From NCBI GenBank assembly GCA_963981525.1, contig CAXCDZ010000001.1, positions 11,217 through 75,216 on the forward strand: 64,000 nt of DNA, written 5' to 3'. The DNA comes from an uncultured bacterium (lineage in GTDB: Bacteria; Patescibacteriota; Microgenomatia; UBA1400; UBA12108). Below, one piece after another: positions 61,029-64,000 of this stretch (the stretch's first letter is position 1; the number at the start of each line of letters is the position of its first letter). The notes beneath the pieces were generated by a model, which had not been told where the DNA came from, did no database searches, and saw only the letters and a program-made list of their open reading frames with translations. The position numbers and the translations under genes are program-made.

Positions 61029-62680
61029 AGAGCAAAGTCCTGACAACTATATTAGTTGTAGCAGGACTGGTTGCGAGCTTGCTAGTCATATTCCCAAGTG
61101 GGAGAGAGTATTGTTATCAGGACCAGTGCGGAGTAATGTTCTGGGGAGCTCATGAGCATGATGCTATATGGCATCTAGCCGTATCTAACACCCTATTCTC
61201 TAATTTCCCATTCGAGATGCCAAATATGTCAGAGAGTATGATGAGTGGATACAATTATCTCTTAGATATTGTGATTGCGACTACCTCATTTGTTACCCGT
61301 ATCCCTGCCTCAAATTTATATTTCCAGATCATCCCGATATTATGGTTTGGTCTGTTTGTATGGTTAAGTAGCAAATTTGCCAAGCAATATCATAAGAGCA
61401 AATACTATCTACCCGCATTGCTATTTTTTAGTTTTTTTGGGAGCTCACTCGGCTATTTGATCACTCTCAAGAATGCTGGCTCTTTCTGGGGCTCAAGCTC
61501 TATCCTCTCTATGCAACCATTGCAGAACCTGCTTAACTTACAGTTTTCCCTATCCCTTTTACCATTCCTGGCAATCTTGATCGGACTGGTGAATAAGAGG
61601 AGGAGCGTCAAGGACTATGTTCTTTATGGAATATATGCATTCATAGCAATAGGACTAAAGCTCTATACGGGGGTTGGAATAGTGATGCTACTCATTGTGG
61701 ACTGGGTAATAAGAGCGATCCGCAGGAAAGACCCAATACTACTATCAACTCCTAAGCTGCTGATTACCGGACTATTCTCGATACTTGCTGTGATAATCTT
61801 TTATGCGCCATTTTCGCAATCAACTGGAGCTCCATTCTTACTTGATCCCATGGCTACAGTTAACCCCATCGTAGAGGACTCTAGCCTACTATATCTACCC
61901 AAGACTGCTGAGAGACTCTACTCTCTTAGAGGAGTCAAACTAGTAGTAATTGAGCTTTTTGTGCTCGGACTATTCCTAGTATTTAATTTTGGCTCCAGAA
62001 TATTTGCAGCGTTTGGGCTAGCAGGTAAACAAGAACCAAATGAGATCAGGGAAATAGTTGGCTTAACTGCTATTATCATGCTGATATTGTCTATACTCCT
62101 AACCCAGAGGGGGGTATGGTGGAACACCGTCCAGTTCTTGTATGTCTCCCTTTTCCTTTTTAATATTCTGGCAGCAGAGGGTCTGGTGAAAATATTTCAA
62201 TTACCAAAATTTGGAATAGTGCTAGGTGTCACCATCGTTCTTATTACTATCCCCACAAACATTGATGTTATGAGGTCGTTTTCTAACTTCCCAGGAAATA
62301 GCTATATCTCTAGTAATGAACTCTCGGCGCTAGAGTTTTTGAAAAAGCAAGATCCTGGGATAGTACTAACAGGCGGACTCCAATTACGCGGCTCAAAGAT
62401 AGCTTTACCCCCGCTTGAGGCAACCTACGACACAACATATGTCTCAGCCTACTCTCACAAACAAAGCTATCTCTCAGATCTTATCCAACTCCGACTAACA
62501 AATATTGATTATCATGAGAGACTAGAGATGGTAAGTAGATATGATTGCGAAGTCCTTGAAGATGTTAAGTATTTGTATGAGGTAAATGAAAGTCTATACG
62601 TATCAAATTACCAAGATTGTGGGAGAGGATTGGAAACAATCTATAGCAACGATACTGCATCAGTCTATCTTGTGAGATAA
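61025..62680 (+). CDS. Polytopic GT-C-like membrane protein (paralog of 58157..59827)
   Basis: HDAIWH, MPNM, YNYLLD, GLKLY, NFGSR, WWNTVQFLY; ATGA overlap. Confidence 0.72.
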   Translation: MKSKVLTTILVVAGLVASLLVIFPSGREYCYQDQCGVMFWGAHEHDAIWHLAVSNTLFSNFPFEMPNMSESMMSGYNYLLDIVIATTSFVTRIPASNLYFQIIPILWFGLFVWLSSKFAKQYHKSKYYLPALLFFSFFGSSLGYLITLKNAGSFWGSSSILSMQPLQNLLNLQFSLSLLPFLAILIGLVNKRRSVKDYVLYGIYAFIAIGLKLYTGVGIVMLLIVDWVIRAIRRKDPILLSTPKLLITGLFSILAVIIFYAPFSQSTGAPFLLDPMATVNPIVEDSSLLYLPKTAERLYSLRGVKLVVIELFVLGLFLVFNFGSRIFAAFGLAGKQEPNEIREIVGLTAIIMLILSILLTQRGVWWNTVQFLYVSLFLFNILAAEGLVKIFQLPKFGIVLGVTIVLITIPTNIDVMRSFSNFPGNSYISSNELSALEFLKKQDPGIVLTGGLQLRGSKIALPPLEATYDTTYVSAYSHKQSYLSDLIQLRLTNIDYHERLEMVSRYDCEVLEDVKYLYEVNESLYVSNYQDCGRGLETIYSNDTASVYLVR

Positions 62681-62681
62681 A

Positions 62682-63857
62682 CTATTTTTTCTTCCAGATA
62701 ATCTTAGAGTAAGCAAAGAAGTTCCAGAACATGCCGACCAGAATACCGGTGACGGCAAACATCGTTCCGGTGTCAACTGCGAACTTGATAATCGGGAGAG
62801 TAAAGAGATTGTAGAAGCCGATATATCTCTCACCTAGAATAGCAATCACTTGCTGGATCAAGATCGAACCACCTGAGGCGAGGTTGAAGGCCACGAATTT
62901 TGCTGGTACTTGCTTAGCCTTGAGCTTGCGATCAGCGAAGGTCCAGAGATTGCTAAAAATAAAGTTACTGATAATGGCAGTCTCGATAGCGAGGAAGAAG
63001 GCCACCTGGAATGGCATTAGAGAGCGATAGATCTGCAAGAAGGCGATCTGGATGAGCGCACCGATACCTCCTGTGACTGCAAACTTAAAGATGCGATGGT
63101 TAAGTATTTTTTCGAGTCTGTTTTTCATGATGTACCTTAATGTATTAAATATATATTCTGAACCTAATTTGGAGTGACCGTGGGTACGATCAATAAAAAG
63201 AAATGGTACCTCGCCAATAGTGGCACCTACTTCGAGAGATTTTACTAAGAAGCCGATCTGCCAAGTGTACCCATCGAAGGCGCTGTGTGAGAGCGAGGGG
63301 AGAATGTGCTTAACGAGACTTGTTCTAATTGCGCGGTAGCCTGTTGTCCAGTCAGTGACCTTAAAGTTGAGCATTGTGGTACGAATAAATAGATTGCCAG
63401 CAAGTGACAGGAACTTGCGGTGTGGGGGCCAGTCCGCAGGTATTGCTCCACCTGGGATGTAGCGAGAACCAAGGACTAGGTCAGAACCAGACTCGATTAG
63501 TGCTAGCATTGGGACGGCCTTTGCCGGATTATGAGAGAGGTCTGCATCCATCTGGATGATAATCTCTGCACCCAACTTGTCGATTGCGTAGCGCATTCCT
63601 TTTTTATAGGCATGGCCGAGACCAGCTTTTTTGCGATTCTTGAGGAGCTTGATATAAGTCCTAGTCTTTGCGAGCTCTGTGATTGCCTTGCCAGTGCCGT
63701 CAGGACTCTGATCATCTACGAAAAGGATCTGGAGCTGATAATTGGTGAGGGATTTTTTGACTTTTGCTATAGCCTTTACCAAGGTTTTAATATTTCCCAC
63801 TTCGTTATAGGTGGGAATGATGATGACTACTTTTTGCTTAGATTTGTTTTTTTCCAT
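62682..63857 (-). CDS. DPM1-like polyprenol-phosphate-sugar synthase fused to a GtrA-family flippase domain
   Basis: [43 protein letters not shown]; C-terminal 4-TM region (KFAVTG...[12 protein letters not shown]...WNF). Confidence 0.9.
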   Translation of the reverse strand: MEKNKSKQKVVIIIPTYNEVGNIKTLVKAIAKVKKSLTNYQLQILFVDDQSPDGTGKAITELAKTRTYIKLLKNRKKAGLGHAYKKGMRYAIDKLGAEIIIQMDADLSHNPAKAVPMLALIESGSDLVLGSRYIPGGAIPADWPPHRKFLSLAGNLFIRTTMLNFKVTDWTTGYRAIRTSLVKHILPSLSHSAFDGYTWQIGFLVKSLEVGATIGEVPFLFIDRTHGHSKLGSEYIFNTLRYIMKNRLEKILNHRIFKFAVTGGIGALIQIAFLQIYRSLMPFQVAFFLAIETAIISNFIFSNLWTFADRKLKAKQVPAKFVAFNLASGGSILIQQVIAILGERYIGFYNLFTLPIIKFAVDTGTMFAVTGILVGMFWNFFAYSKIIWKKK

Positions 63858-64000
63858 ACGAGTTGATCATTAATTTTAGACCATCTCTAAGTGAGATAGC
63901 TGGTTTCCAGTTTAGCAGATCATTGGCTTTGGTGATATCGGGACGGCGGCGTGTAGGGTCATCAGCGAGTGCTTCGATTACCTCAACATTTAGCTTGTTG
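63838..64000 (-). CDS. uxs: UDP-glucuronate decarboxylase (UDP-xylose synthase)-like SDR, 3' end only
   Basis: Manual translation gives ...[43 protein letters not shown], a UXS-type C-terminus; overlaps the downstream start. Confidence 0.7.
   Translation of the reverse strand, partial: NKLNVEVIEALADDPTRRRPDITKANDLLNWKPAISLRDGLKLMINSYGKKQI

Overview
Almost the whole 64 kb window is one dense surface-glycosylation locus of about 59 genes, mostly on the minus strand and often joined by ATGA/TAATG overlaps. It holds about 23 polytopic GT-C-type (PMT/ArnT-, PIG-V-, MptA- and YfhO-like) membrane glycosyltransferases and 5 predicted polyprenol-phosphate-sugar synthases, one fused to GtrA and one paired with DUF2304. 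It also has about 14 other soluble GT-A/GT2 and GT4 enzymes, 2 Wzx-type flippases, 3 methyltransferases and sugar-nucleotide genes (galE, a ColD-type 3-dehydratase, fcl/colC and a partial uxs). A small non-glycan island at 8.25-10.8 kb carries a toxin-antitoxin pair. The compact layout and GT-C richness suggest a Patescibacteria (CPR, Microgenomates-like) genome using code 11; this is inference. Main observations: (i) the GT-C array with many paralog pairs; (ii) a duplicated two-gene module of an unknown membrane protein plus a GT-C; (iii) -10 hexamers 6-9 nt before the ATG at 16 gene starts, implying widespread leaderless mRNAs; (iv) probable colitose and xylose pathways. I saw no rRNA, tRNA, CRISPR array, integrase or transposase. 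All family calls come from reading motifs by eye, not from database searches.
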